Source: Eledone cirrhosa (Eukaryota). Taken from it: a stretch of 64,000 bases of DNA. This document shows positions 1 through 13,700 of this stretch, piece after piece. The notes beneath the pieces are model-generated. The model was not told where the DNA came from, searched no databases, and saw only the letters and a list, made by a program, of their open reading frames with translations. A program made the translations under genes and the position numbers. Where the stretch lies: the NCBI GenBank assembly GCA_964016885.1, contig OZ024742.1:14942001-15006000 (forward strand). The letters are read 5' to 3'. Every line of letters starts with the position of its first letter. The first letter of the stretch is position 1.

Positions 1-1385
1 ACACAATCCGCAGATCAGTCACCTTTAGGACTGTGTCAAATTCCACAAGAAAGCCGACATTTGTTAACCAAGCAGATATAGAAGATACTTTCAAGGAAAT
101 TCTAGCAAATGTCGATTTTCTCCAGCGAGGAAAACAGTACGGAAGTGTTTCCGTACTGTTTAAAAGCGAGGGACTCGCCCCAAAAAACTCTGTGTCACCA
201 ATGGTGTCAAAAGCATACACCTTTTTCCCCACATACATGGGAAAAAGGGCACAAAAATAAAAATAAAAAACATACCTCCAAACATTAACATCTGGTGGAT
301 CTTGGCTGGCTTCGTAGAGCCAGAAACTGATATGGTACTTTCGATACGAAAATCTATTCGACAAAGGTGGGCGGGCACAGATTTGGAGATTCTGTTGCAA
401 ATGAAACCGGAGAGAATCTCCAACATACCCGAAAGAGTCGTTATCGATAATAACAACAAAATAAACATTTCGGTAGAAGGACGAACATTTCATTGCTTTC
501 GCTGTGGTAGCACAGCACACCTAAAAGCCTCTTGTCCACAAACACACAACAACATCATAGAATAAACGCTATTACCAACACCAACACCAACACAGCCACC
601 ACCAACACAACCACCACCACCACAAGTACGACAGACGAAACGAGCAACCATACCAAAACAAACAGACACTCAACCAACAACAACAGAAAAAACAGAGACA
701 ACACCCCTGAAGAACGCAGCCCCACTCCATCCCACTCCATCAAACACTACCACAAACACACACACCGAAACACCACCACCACACAACATACCCTTACCCC
801 ACACACCTGACGATTATTATTCATCGACGGATGAAGCTGCTTCTTTAAGTGAAGAAGAGGGAGAACCGCGGAAATCTAAAAAACAAAAAAAGAGACACCA
901 CAAAACCCCCAAAACTCCAATCACCAACACCAACACACAACCACAGACACAAACAACACCACAGTCAAACAACCCCATATTCGCAAAACCAGCACCAACA
1001 CCACCCCAAACACAAGCACCCACCATAAAAAGAAAACTCCCGGACGAACAACAAACTAAAACAACAGAACAAAAACACAAACAACAATCCGCATACATCA
1101 ACACAAACAACAAGAGTTTGATGGAGGTCATCTCCCAAAACTCCAAGGTGGAGACGGAGGGCAAAACTTTCGTCAAGGCAGAATCGTCTCCACACATTAA
1201 ACTTATAAGGGTTTCTATGGAAACCTATAATGACCTAAAAAATAAATGTTCACAAGACGTGGGCAATCCCCTTCCACAAACCCATCAACCGCGTCCTGTT
1301 AAAATGTTTCCCCACCCCACGCAACACCCCATCCAGCACCCAAATGAAGATTGAACAACCCGATCTCCAGGAAACGAAAAGGTAA
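1..1385 (+). pseudogene. Copy 1 ORF1 (zinc-knuckle nucleic-acid-binding protein), disrupted
   Basis: Homologous to copy 3 ORF1 (FFPTYMGKR, QMKPERI, knuckle CFRCGSTAHLKASCP, TEG..FV..E..PH.KLI). Frameshift ~255, in-frame TAA 563-565, frameshift ~1343; homologous stop TAA 1383-1385. Confidence 0.8.
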
Positions 1386-1426
1386 GTGCACCTTTCGTCC
1401 TTTTTCTCCAACTTTTCTTCACCAAC

Positions 1427-4400
1427 ATGGCTAGTTTACGAGTTGGAACCGTGAATGTGCGTGGCCTAGGGATGCCCTGGAAACAGGGCCAACTTTTAAA
1501 CGACCTTAGGTCACACAGTATGGATGTGATAGCCATCACCGAGTCCAGGATCCACAACAGGCAGCAACTAACCCCCATCTTCGACGACTTTGAGATCTAC
1601 GCATCTCTCTGTCAGCCAGGAGGTGGAGGTGGAGTGGCTGTCATGTTTCGGAAGAACCTGGACGTCGGAGTACAGCAAGTACACTTGGACCCGGAGGGTA
1701 GACTGGTAGTCCTAGACGTGAACAGTATCAGAGGTGGAGCCTTCAGACTGGTGGCCGTTTATGCCCCGACCGGGCAATCGCAATCACGGCCAGACTTCTT
1801 TAAGCGTCTAGAGTCTTTTCTGGGAACGTCTCGCTCCTTACTTTTAGTGGGGGACTGGAATGGTATCCTAGATGCACGATGGGACTATGTGGGAGCATGT
1901 CCCAGTAGAGCGGGGTGCAACAGCCTCAAAACTTTAATCGGCCAATTCCAACTGGCCGATAGGTATCGACTGGATTTCCCGACTGCACCACAGTGGACGT
2001 GGGCAAACCGCAGTGGGACATCTAGATCGTATTTAGATAGGTTCTTCATTAGAGAAAGGGACAATGAGATGTTAAGCTGTCCATGAATGCACATGGTTGC
2101 CTATTCAGATCACAAGTTAGTCGTCTGCTTAGTCAACCGTGATAGAATACATAGACAGGGTCCCGGATACTGGAAGCTGAACGTGTCGTTGCCGGCACGT
2201 AAAGCTTACAGTGAACGGATAAGTAGACTAGTCAAGCAACAGTTAACGGGAGCCATCATCAACAATAGATGGTGGTATTCTCTCAAGAAAGCAATTAGAA
2301 TGGAATCAATAGGGTATAGCAGAGAGTTAGCCTTAGAGAAAAATAGAATAGAAAGAGAACTAGTAGCCAAGGTAGAGGAGGCACTTAGAAGTGGCAACGC
2401 GGCTAGAGTGTTAGCGTCGAGAACGGCACTGGACCAGTTCTTCGATGTGAAACACGAAGGCTGCGTGGTCAGAAGCAAAACACGTGCTCTAGGAAACGAA
2501 GGAGCGAAAGCTGTCAGCTGGGCCCGGGTGGCGGAGGCAAAAAGTGGCAACAAGTCCACGATTCGGTCTTTGAAAGACCAAAACGGACGCGTGCTACTTG
2601 ACCCCAAGCAAATGTGCGCGGCCTTTCAGCGGCACTTTGCACGACTGTTTGAGCAGAACGACGGTGAGCCGAACGGGGCAATGGACTTTAGTTCATACCT
2701 CGACGGCCTGCCGCGTCTCTCGAACACGGACGCCGAGTTCTGCGAAAGACCGATCACGGACATTGAGATACGGGACGCTCTGGGCTGCTCCAGGAAACGC
2801 AAGTCACCCGGTCTAGATGGTCTACCCTACGAATTTTACATAGACTGCCGGACTTGTTCTCTGGCGTCCTCGAAGCCGTCTACTGCAATTGGCAGCAGAA
2901 CGGGAGAATTCCCAGTTCTGCAGGCAAGGGCGTAGTAACGCTGATCAGGAAAGACGAGAACAAGGGGGACGAAATTAACAACTTCAGGCCCATAACTCTG
3001 CTCAACACAGAGTTAAAGATTTTGGCCAAGGTGCTAGCGACGAGGTTGGCGCTTGTCGTCGAGAACCTGGTAGGGAAAGCGCAAACGTGTGCAATCCCGA
3101 CCAGGTCCATACACGACAACCTCCACCTCATGCGATACATCATAGAGAGGGTGGGTAGTAAACCCGGCTTCGGTGGGGCTCTGATCAACTTGGATCAGTC
3201 TAAGGCATTCGATATGGTCGACCATCGATACTTGGAAGCGGTTCTCAAGGCGGCCGGTTTCGGTCCAGTGTTCAGAGGATGGATCGAGGCGATGCACACC
3301 AGCATCTGCTCGAGGGTCAAGGTGAACGGCTACCTATCGGGGCCGTTCGAAATCACGCGTTCCATTCGACAGGAGTGCCCTCTCTCCTCCATTCTGTATG
3401 TATTGACTCTAGAGCCACTACTGCGGAAATTGGAGCTGTTGCAGGGCATCCCTCTAGAACCGGGACTGCGCAAAGCGGCGTCGGCTTATGCCGACGACGT
3501 GACGGTAATAGTGTCGAGCACCTCGGAAATCGGGGTGATCGGCAACTTACTGAAAGAATACGAAACGCTGACGGGAGCAAAACTAAACCCGGACAAGTCT
3601 GTCGGTTTGCAACTCGGTACGTGGAGAGGCAAACCGATAACGTCCGACAGCGTCGTTGGACGCTGGACGGACGGACCGGTGAAATTGCTCGGGGTCTGGT
3701 TCGGTCCAGACCTCCAGGTGGAGAAAAACTGGAACGAGGTCACGGCCAAGGTGTTTGCACTCACCCAGAAGTGGGCAGAGTGCAAACTGTCATTGAAAGG
3801 TCGAGCGGAGGTGGCGAACACTTTCATTGCGTCCGTCATCTACTACCGCTTGACTGTCGTGCCTTGTCCCCGTGAACACCTCGCCAAGATGGAACGCATG
3901 CTCTTCCAGTTTCTGTGGAAGAAGCAGGCTCCGCTGGTGAGGAGATCCGTCTGCTGTCAGCACCCTTCCAACGGAGGGCTGGGAATGCCGTGGCTGATGA
4001 TGCGCAAACATGCGCTGAGGCTGCGGCATCTCCAGGTATTCCTCACCGACCCCCAACCGGTGTGGGCACCGTTTGTGAGACAGGCTTTCCCACAGCTCGT
4101 CTCGCTGACGGAGCTGCAGTCCTGGGTGAAGAAAAGACCGAAAACGATGGGCGCCTGGCACATTGAATGCGCTCATGCACTCACATTACTCTGGCAAGCG
4201 GGCGCAGCAATCAGTGGAGACTCCACTTCAACATTCTATAGAGGGATTGTACGTTACAAGGGCGACGACGTGCTCGGAGAGACTCTTGGCGTCGAAGATG
4301 ATGAGCTCACCAGTCTGTTTGGTAGGACTTTCCGCCCGGGACCTATGGACAACTTCCAGAGGTCACTGGCCTGGAAGTGCTACCGAGGAGCTCTACCGGT

Positions 4401-4871
4401 TCGTGACAAGATCTACAGGCACGGACGCCCCGGCAGGGATCCTTCCAAGAGGACGTGTCCAAGATGCGCGCAGGACATTGAAACAGTCCTGCACGCAATT
4501 CTACACTGCTCTGGCGTAACCGACCTGTGGAACTATGCAGAACAACTGCTGTCGCGTATGGGACAAATCCAGTTGACTGCCGAGTCCATAGTAAGGATCA
4601 AACCGCCAGCCTCTTTCAAAACGAAAGAGAGGCGGTTTTCCTCTGTACGGTGGCTATGGTGAAAGAAGTTATATGGCGGACGAGGTTGAGAGGACTGAGG
4701 ACACATGCCTTTCTCTCCGGACAACAATTGATTCCCTTCTTTAAGTATCACTTTAGAAGGAGAATCAGGGTGGAGAGAGAGGCACTGCACCTCAGTAAAT
4801 TTACTGAAAGGTGGGTGAATGAAGTGAAAATGGCCCGAGTGATTGGGCCTTCTCTGTTTATAAGCCTGTAG
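1427..4871 (+). pseudogene. Copy 1 ORF2 (APE endonuclease-RT-CCHC), disrupted
   Basis: Motifs TVNVRGL, GDWN, YLDRF, SDH, KSPGLDG, LDQSKAFD, YADD, CPRC..ET..H...HC. TGA 2084-2086; 1-bp deletions at ~2843 and ~4620 relative to copy 2; QGCP mutated to QECP. Confidence 0.9.
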
Positions 4872-5091
4872 GTTGAGGAAGAGAGCAAAAGGAAGAAAGG
4901 AGCACTTGTACAACACGCTCCTGGAGTATTAAACGACGGGGTATTAAACAACCCATTTGTGGCGCCTTCCCCCTATTGTGGATTTCGATTGTTGTAATTG
5001 TTTGTTTTCATATTTTTTACACGATTGTATGTAAAATCCCCGGCATGTCTTTGTTTTGTCCCCTTTTCTTGTGCGCCCTTGTGGCTAATAA

Positions 5092-5092
<1 letters not shown>

Positions 5093-5148
<56 letters not shown>
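5093..5148. repeat. (TCTA)14 microsatellite between LINE copies 1 and 2
   Basis: Read directly from sequence. Confidence 0.97.
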
Positions 5149-5149
<1 letters not shown>

Positions 5150-8100
5150 ACATCTGGACCCGGAGGGTCGACTGGTGGTCCTAGACGTTGACGGTAGTGA
5201 AGGTGGAGCGTTCAGGCTGGTGGCCGCATATGCCCCATCCGGGACACCGCGGCCAGACTTCTTCAAACGTCTAGAGACTTTTCTGGGAACGTCCCGCTCC
5301 TTGCTTTTAGTGGGGGACTGGAATGGAATCCTAGATGCACGTTGGGACTATGTGGGAGCATGTCCCGATAAAGGGGGGTGTAACAGCCTCAAACAGTTAA
5401 TCGACCGATTTGACCTGGCCGATAGATATCGACTAGATTTTCCGACTGCGCCACTGTGGACGTGGAGTAATCGTAGCGGAACATCTAGATCGTACCTAGA
5501 TAGGGTTCTAGTTAGAAATAAGGATAGGGACATGTTAAGCTGTCCACAAATGTTCATGGTTGCCTATTCAGATCACAAACTAGTGACCTGCATGGCCAAC
5601 CTTGATAGAACCCATAGACAAGGACCCGGCTACTGGAAGCTGAACTTGTCGTTACCGACAAGCAAAGCCTACAGTAGACGGATTAGCACTTTAGTTAAAC
5701 AGCACTTGACAGGGGCCATTGTCAACAACAGATGGTGGTACTCTCTCAAGAGGGCAGTTAGATTAGACTCGATAGTTTTTAGTAAAGAATTAGCGTTAGA
5801 TAGAAATAGAACCGAGAAGGAACTGGTAGATAAAGTAGAAGAGGCTATTAGAAGTGGCAACGTAGCCAGCGTGCTAGCAACGAGAACGGCCTTGGACCAG
5901 TTCTTCGACGCAAAGCACGAGGGCTGCGTTGTCAGAAGCAAAATACGTGCTCTGGGAAACGAGGGAGCCAAAGCTGTTAGCTGGGCCCGAGTGACGGAGG
6001 CAAAAAGTGGCAACAAGTCCACGATTCAGTCTTTGAAGGACCAAAACGGACGCGTGATACGTGAGCCGAAGCAGATGTGTGCGGCTTTTCAGCGGCACTT
6101 TGCTCGGCTGTTCGGGGGGAGCGGCGCGCCGGGAGAGGCTATGGATTTCGGTCCATACCTCGACGGCCTACCGCGACTCTCGGATAGCGAGGCGAAGTTC
6201 TGCGAAAAGCCGATTTCAGCCACTGAGATAGGGGACGCGCTGAGCCAATGCGGCAAACGCAAATCTCCAGGTCTCGACGGTCTACTCTACGAATTTTACG
6301 TAGCAATGCCGGACTTATTCTCCGGTCTCCTGGAAGCGGTCTACTGCAACTGGCAACAGAACGGGAGAATTCCCAGTTCTGTAACCGGGGGCGTGGTCAC
6401 ACTAATCAGGAAGGACGAGAATAAGGGGGATGACATAGGCAACTTCCGGCCCATAACTCTGCTAAACACAGAGTTACAGATTTTGGCCAAGGTGTTGGCA
6501 AAGAGGCTGGCGCTTGTCGTCGAGAACCTGGTGGGAGAAGCGCAGACATGCGCGATCCCGACCAGGTCCATACACGACAACCTCCACCTCATGCGATACA
6601 TCATAGAGAGGGTAGGGTGTAAACCCGGCTTCGGTGGGGCCCTGATCAACTTGGATCAGTCTAAGGCTTTCGATAGGGTTGACCATCGTTACCTGGATGC
6701 GGTGCTCGAGGCGGCAGGCTTCGGACCCGTGTTCAGGGGCTGGATTGCTGCAATGCACAACAGCAACATCTGCTCAAGGGTCAAGGTGAACGGTTACCTC
6801 TCGGAGCCGTTCCATATTACGCGATCCATTCGACAGGGATGCCCTCTCTCCTCCCTTCTGTACGTACTGACTCTCGAGCCACTACTGCGGAAGCTGGAGC
6901 TATTGCAGGGCATCCCTCTGGAACCGGGACTGCGGAAAGCGGCTTCGGCCTACGCCGACGACGTGACAGTAATGGTGTCGAGCGCCTCGCAAATCGAGGA
7001 AGTCGGCACCTTACTAAAGGAATACGAAAGTCTCACAGGAGCGAAGCTGAACCGGGACAAGTCCATCGGTTTGCAACTCGGATCGTGGAGAGGCAGACCG
7101 ATGCCTTCCGATAGCGTCGTCGGACGCTGGACGGAAGGACCGGTAAAGCTGCTCGGGGTCTGGTTTGGTCCGGACCTCTAGGTGGAGAAGAACTGGAACG
7201 AAGTGACGGCCAAGGTGTTTGCACTCACCCAGAAGTGGGCCGAGTGCAAACTATCCTTGAAAGGTCGAGCGGAGGTGGCGAACACTTTTATAGCGTCCGC
7301 CATCTACTACCGCTTGACCGTCGTGCCTTGTCCAGCCAAAACGCTCGCCAAAATGGAGCGCGCCCTCTTCCGATTCCTTTGGAAGAGGCGGGCTCCTTTG
7401 GTAAGAAGATCCATCTGCTGCCAACACCCTTCTAACGGAGGGCTGGGGATGCCGTGGTTGACGATGCGCAAACACGCGCTCAGGCTGCGGCATCTCTACG
7501 TATTCCTCACCGGACAACCGGTGTGGGCCCCGTTCGTGAGGCGAGCCTTCCCACGACTCGTCTCGCTGACCGAGCTGCAGTCCTGGGTCAAGCAGAGACC
7601 GAGGAAAATGGGCGACTGGCACATCGAATGTGCTCAGGCGCTCACAGCCCTCTGGCAGGCGGACCCGGCGATCAGTGGAGACTCCACTTCGTCATTCTAT
7701 AGAGGGTTGGTCCGCAGCAAGTGCGACGACGCGCTCGGTGAAACTCTAGGCGTGGAGGAAGATGAACTGGCCAGTCTGTTCGGTAGGACCTTCCGCCTGG
7801 GACCGATGGACAACTTCCAAAAGTCCCTGGCCTGGCAGTGCTACCGAGGAGCTCTACCAGTTCGAGACAAGCTCTACAGACATGGGCGCCCGGGCAGGGA
7901 CCCTGCAAAAAAGATCTGTCCGAGGTGCGTGCGAGACGAAGAAACCGTCGCGCACGCATTCATACACTGCCCGGGCGTCACTGACCTGTGGGGCTATGTA
8001 GAACGACTATTGTCGCGGGTGGGACCAATCCAGTTGACCACCGAGTCCATTGTCATGATCAAACCGCCACCCTCCTTCAAAAACGAAGGAGAGGCGGTTT

Positions 8101-8570
8101 TCCTTTGTGTGATAGCTATGGCGAAAGAGGTTGTATGGTGGACAAGGTTGAAAGGGCTGAGGTCAGACACCTTTCTCTCCGGCCAACAACTGATTCTTTT
8201 TTTCAAATACCACTTTGGAAGAAGAATCAGGATGGAGAGAGAGGTGCTGTACCCCAGCAAGTTTTATGAAAGGTGGGTGAAAGTGGCGAGAATGGCCCGA
8301 GTGAATGGGCCTTCTCTCTATATCAGCCTGTAGGTTGAGGAAAAGGAGGAGGAGAGGAAAGGAGTACAAGCTCTTCGTACTCCTGGAGATGAGGGTTGCA
8401 CATTTTTTTCGGGGGTCTGTGTTACCCATATAAACTGTCTCCCTCAATTGGGGAAAATCGACTAACTTTTAAATTCCATCTGTGATAACATTTTACACGT
8501 TTTTATTGTATGTAAACTTCCCCCTTTGTATTTGTCCCCTTCTTTTGTGCCCCTGTGGCTAATAAAGAAA
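5149..8570 (+). mobile_element. L1/Tx1-type retrotransposon copy 2, 5'-truncated inside the endonuclease domain
   Basis: Begins at (I)HLDPEGRLVVLDV, matching copy 1 at ~1680. ORF2 runs to TAG 8331-8333 with one premature TAG at 7179-7181 (CAG in copies 1 and 3). AATAAA 8561-8566, then short degenerate TCTA repeats 8571-8594. Confidence 0.92.
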
Positions 8571-8993
8571 TATATCTATCTATCTATTAATCTAGCTGTC
8601 GTCTGTTCTACAGTGTGGATGTAATTCACTTCGCGCAGAAGTTTTGTTCAAATTTATTGCGGAAATTTTGTGAGTTCAAATTTAATTTTGATACTATTGT
8701 GTAGCTTGACCTCCCGTCTGAACTGTCAGGCGGTGGGTCAGCTCATCTTTACCCCTCCTAGAGATGAAAAACCTGTTTTAAAAACTTTTGTGGCAAAAAA
8801 ATTTCAATCGTCTGACAGAAATGTTAAACGAAGCGAACGAAAATAGTGGTGGGGGGGGACAGCGGTAAGAGTTGTAAGCTCGCACGCTTTAGTTCCCCCT
8901 TCCTTCCCAACTAACCTCATAGAGAAGAAAGGAAAAAATAAAATAAAAACAGACGAATCTGCGGAGAAAAATGACGAAAACACAAATCTGGAC

Positions 8994-10712
8994 ATGGATT
9001 CCAACAACGAAAAAAAAAAATTTGAAAAATTGCATGACAATACTAATACCACAAACAAAGACACAACAAACACAAAAATAACATTTGAAAATAACACCAT
9101 AACAGAAAGCAAAGCAGACGACAAAGTCAACAAGATTTCATTTGCACAAACAACAAAGAAATCTTTGACATATATACCTGAAAATATTTCAGATGTGGCA
9201 CGAAGAATCACAGACGCCAAACAATACATAAGTGAAGGAGAGAATGGTATTTTATCGGTAAAAATGCCTCAAGAACTCACCAAAGACATTGAAAGTCGAA
9301 CGGTCGTGTTCCGCACCATCAACAACACTTCAAAAAAACCTGAACAGCCAACTCAGGCAGATATCAAAACAGTACTCACAGAAGTACTTAATGAAACCAC
9401 TTTCATAAGAAAAGACAGACTGTATGGAAGCCTAGCAATTATTATGAAGAACGAATCGGCGGCAAAAAAATGTGCTTTGTCACCGATTCGTTCGAAAAAT
9501 TTTACCTTTTATCCATCTTATATGGGTAAAAGAACTCAACGCATATGGCTGGATGCAATGATGCCAGATGTGGACTACTGCTGGCTCATAGCTGGCTTCA
9601 TCGATCCAGTGAATGACAACGTGATTTCCATTGGGAAAACCACAGGCTATGCGTTCAGTGGAACAGGTATAGAGCTGGTAGTGCAAATGAAGCCTGAACG
9701 CATCGCCCAAATACCCGACAGAATCCTATTAGAGGGCCACGGGTATATAAACATTAGCGTGGAGGGGAGAAGGCCGTCCTGTCATATCTGTGCAGGCAGA
9801 GGGCACCTGAAGGCCGCTTGTCCCCAACTCAACAAAAAGAAAACCCTGCTACCAACACCAGCTCCACCACCACCACCACAACAGATAAACAAACAATAAA
9901 ACTCAGTCCCACCCAACCCGTCCCTCAGTAAAACTACACCACCACCACAACACATTACCCCAAAACAAAATACAGGCCCACCCAACCCCTCACTCAATAA
10001 AACAACACAACCACCGCAGACACAACACACAACACAGTCTAACATAGTGACATCCATCTCCCCCACAAAGAAAACCAACACGGAAACATTACCAGCAAAC
10101 ATACCTCTTCCCTCCAACACTGAAGATAACCCAACGAATTCGGAGGAAGAAACGGAGTCCTTCAGACAGATTAAAAGGAAAAAAAGAAAACATGTGCAAA
10201 ACACACAAGGCCAAACAACCCCCTCCCAAATCTCAACACAATCCAACAAAACAGAAAACACCCCTCCAGCAACAAACAAAACCAAACCTGCCCCTCTCCT
10301 CTTCGAAATACTCACACCATCCGAAAAAAAGACATAACACTATACTTACATCAACAGAAACAATAATAAATTAAATGAACTCATATACAATCATCCTTCG
10401 GTACAAACCGAAGGTGTAAACTTTGTTTCTTCAGAAAACTACCCACATTTAAAATTAATAAAGATCCCAATGAACCTCTACCAAAAACTAAAAAAGGATT
10501 TTAAGGAGGACGTAGGACCACCCTCTGTCAAACCCATAAACCGCGTCCTACTAAAAAGCTTTCCCCCTCCCCTTCCCCTCCCCAACACAACTCCAAACAC
10601 CCCAACCCCACCACACACTGACGACCCCACACCACCACAAGACACCCCTTCACCCAACGCCCCCGACCCCATGGAAGTCGTGCGACTCGAACCCCGGGAA
10701 GCGGAAAGGTAG
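8994..10712 (+). pseudogene. Copy 3 ORF1 with two in-frame TAA stops
   Basis: ORF-track pieces 8994-9899, 10047-10337 and 10470-10712 share one frame. Stops at 9897-9899 and 10335-10337. Knuckle CHICAGRGHLKAACP; C-terminal block aligns with copy 1. Confidence 0.8.
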
Positions 10713-10745
10713 GTCTCTACACTCTCCTTTGGCTCTGCCGCCCAC

Positions 10746-13700
10746 ATGGATGTGTTAAGAGTAGGATGTTTGAATGCACGTGGCCTGGGCTCAACTTGGA
10801 AGCAAGCAAAGCTTCTAAATGACCTCAGGTCATGTGGTATAAATGTAATGGTTATCTGTGAGACTCGAATCAGCGTCGTGCGGCAGCTGGCCCCTACCTT
10901 CGATGACTTTGAGGTGCATGCATCTCTCTGTCAATCTGGAGGTGGGGGTGGGGTTGTCGTACTGCTGCAAAAACACCTGGGTCTTGCCGTACAGGTTGTG
11001 CACTCGGACCCGGAGGGTCGTTTGTTGGTGCTAGACGTTGGCAGTAGTGAAGGTGCGGCCTTGAGACTGGTCGCCGTCTACTCCCCTTTCGGAGCTGAAC
11101 GGCCCGACTTCTTCCAGCGTTTGGAGACTTTTCTGGGAACGTCGCGTTCCCTGCTTCTAGCGGGGGATTGGAATGACATCCTAGATGCACGTTGGAACTA
11201 TGCAGGAGCATGTCCTAATAGAGGGGGGGGGTGTAACAGCCTCAAGGGGTTACTCGACCGTTTTAACTTGGTCGATAGATATCGACTAGATTTTCCAACT
11301 GTGCCTACCTGGACTTGGAGAAACCACAGTGGTCAATCTAGATCGTACTTAGATAGATTCTTAGTTAGAAGTAAGGATAGGGACATATTAAGCTGTCCAG
11401 AAATGCGCACGGTTGGCTACACGGATCACAAATTAGTGACCTGCGTAGTCAATCTCGAGAAAACACATAAACAGGGTCCCGGTTACTGGAAACTTAATTT
11501 GTCTTTACCGGCAAAAGAGACTTACAGAAACCGGATTAGCAGATTAGTTAAGGAGAGGTTGACGGGTGCAATCGTCAACAACCGATGGTGGGCATCTCTC
11601 AAAAGAGAGATTAGAACAGAATCAATAAGTTATAGCAAGATGTTAGCTGCCGATAGGAATAGAAACGAGAAAGAATTAACAGGTAAATTAGAAGAGGCAA
11701 TCAAGAGCGAAGATGTGGCCAGAGTGCTGGCATCGAGGACGGCCTTGAACCAGTTTTTCGATGCAAAGCACGAAGGCTGCGTCATTCGAAGTAAAATACG
11801 TGCTCTAGGTAATGAGGGGGCCAAAGCCGTTGGCTGGGCCCGCGTGACAGAAGCTAAGAGTGGAAATCGATCCACCATCCGGTCGTTGCAAGACGAAAAT
11901 GGACGGGTGATCCGGGAGCCTAAGCAGATGTGCGAGGCCTTTCAAAGGCACTTTGCCCGATTGTTCGGGGGAGGCGAGGGTCCGGGCGGGGGCGTGGATT
12001 TCGGTCCATACCTCGACGGCCTGCCGCGTCTCTCGAGCGAAGAGGCAGAGTCCTGCGAGGGACCAATCTCGGCTGATGAGATCGGAGATGCGCTGAGCCA
12101 ATGCAGCAGACGCAAATCTCCAGGTCTCGATGGTATACCTTACGAACTTTATTTAGCAATGCCGGTCTTCTTCTCCGAACTCCTTGAAGCGGTCTACTGC
12201 AATTGGCAGCAGAACGGGAGAATTCCTTGTTCTGTAGCCAAGGGCGTAGTCACGCTGGTGAGGAAGGACGAGAACAAGGGAGATAGTATAAATAATTTTC
12301 GGCCCATAACCCTGCTAAACACAGAGTTAAAGATTTTGGCCAAGGTGTTAGCAAAGAGGTTGGCGCTTGTCGTGGGTGGCCTGGTGGGAGATGCGCAGAC
12401 ATGTGCTATCCCATCCAGGTCCATTCACGATAACCTCCACCTCATGCGATACATCATAGAGAGGGTTGGCAACAAACCCGGCTTCGGTGGGGCCCTGATC
12501 AACTTGGATCAGTCTAAGGCCTTCGATAGGGTCGACCATGGTTACCTGGATGCGGTGCTAGCGGCGGCTGGGTTCGGTCCTGTTTTCAGAGGCTGGATCA
12601 CTGCCTTACATAGCAACCACATCTGTTCTAGGATCAAGGTGAACGGCTACCTTTCGAAGCCGTTCGAAATCACACGATCCATTCGACAGGGGTGCCCTCT
12701 CTCCTCCCTTCTGTACGTATTGACTCTCGAGCCTTTACTGAGGAAGTTGGAGTTGTTGCAGGGTATCTCCCTGGAACCAGGATTGAGCAAAGCGGTGTCG
12801 GCCTACGCCGATGACGTAACAGTAATGGTATCGACCGACTCGGAGATCGAGGCGATCGGTACCTTACTGGAGGATTACGAAAGGTTGTCAGGAGCGAAAC
12901 TGAACCGGGAAAAATCCATCGGGCTGCAACTCGGAACGTGGAGAGGCGGACCGATGCCTCCCGACGGTGTCGTCGGACACTGGACGGAGGGCCCGGTAAA
13001 GTTGCTTGGGGTCTGGTTTGGACCGGATTTCCAGGTGGAAAAGAACTGGAACGAGGTTACGAACAAGGTGTTTGCGCTAACCCAGAAATGGGCCAAGTGT
13101 AAGCTGTCCCTAAAAGGGCAGGCGGAGGTGGCGAACATTTATATAGCGTCCGTCACTTACTACCGCCTGACTGTCGTGCCTTGCCCTAAGGAAACACTCA
13201 CCACCATGGAACGCATGCTCTTCCAATTTCTTTGGAAGAAGCGCCCTCCTATGGTGAGAAGATCCATCTGCTGCCAACAACCTTCGAAAGGAGGGCTGGG
13301 GATGCCGTGGTTGATGATGCGTAGGCACGCATTAAGGCTACGGCACCTACAGGTATTCCTCACTGGTCAACCGGTGTGGGCTCCGTTCGTGAAACGGGCC
13401 TTTCCGAGACTCGTCTCGCACACCGAGCTGCAGTCCTGGGTCAAGCAAAGATCCGGAAAACTGGGAGACTGGCACACTGAGTGTGCTCAGGCGCTCAGGG
13501 CTCTCTGGCAAGCGGGCCAGGCCGTCGGTGGAGAATCCACCTCATCATTCTATAGAGGGCTGGTGGCTAGCAGGGGCGATGGCACTCTTGGAGAGTCGCT
13601 GGACATGGAAGAGGACGAACTGGCCAGCCTGTTCGGTAGGACTTTCGGCCCGGGACCAATGGACAACTTCCAGAAGTCACTAGCCTGGCAGTGCTACCGG

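Larger units (their letters stand above)
1..5092 (+). mobile_element. L1/Tx1-type non-LTR retrotransposon copy 1 (5' end outside window; disabled)
   Basis: ORF1 remnant with CCHC knuckle, ORF2 with APE, RT and C-terminal CCHC, 3' UTR ending AATAAA (5087-5092) followed by (TCTA)14. Confidence 0.92.

Noticed and set aside
4998-5148. N-terminus of the 727-aa ORF (LSIY repeats)
   Set aside because: Translation of the copy 1 3' UTR and (TCTA)n that happens to be in frame with truncated copy 2.
563-10337. Programmed readthrough or RNA-editing repair of in-frame stops
   Set aside because: Stops lie at non-homologous positions in different copies and fit single substitutions in CAA/CAG/CGA/AAA codons; ordinary decay is sufficient.
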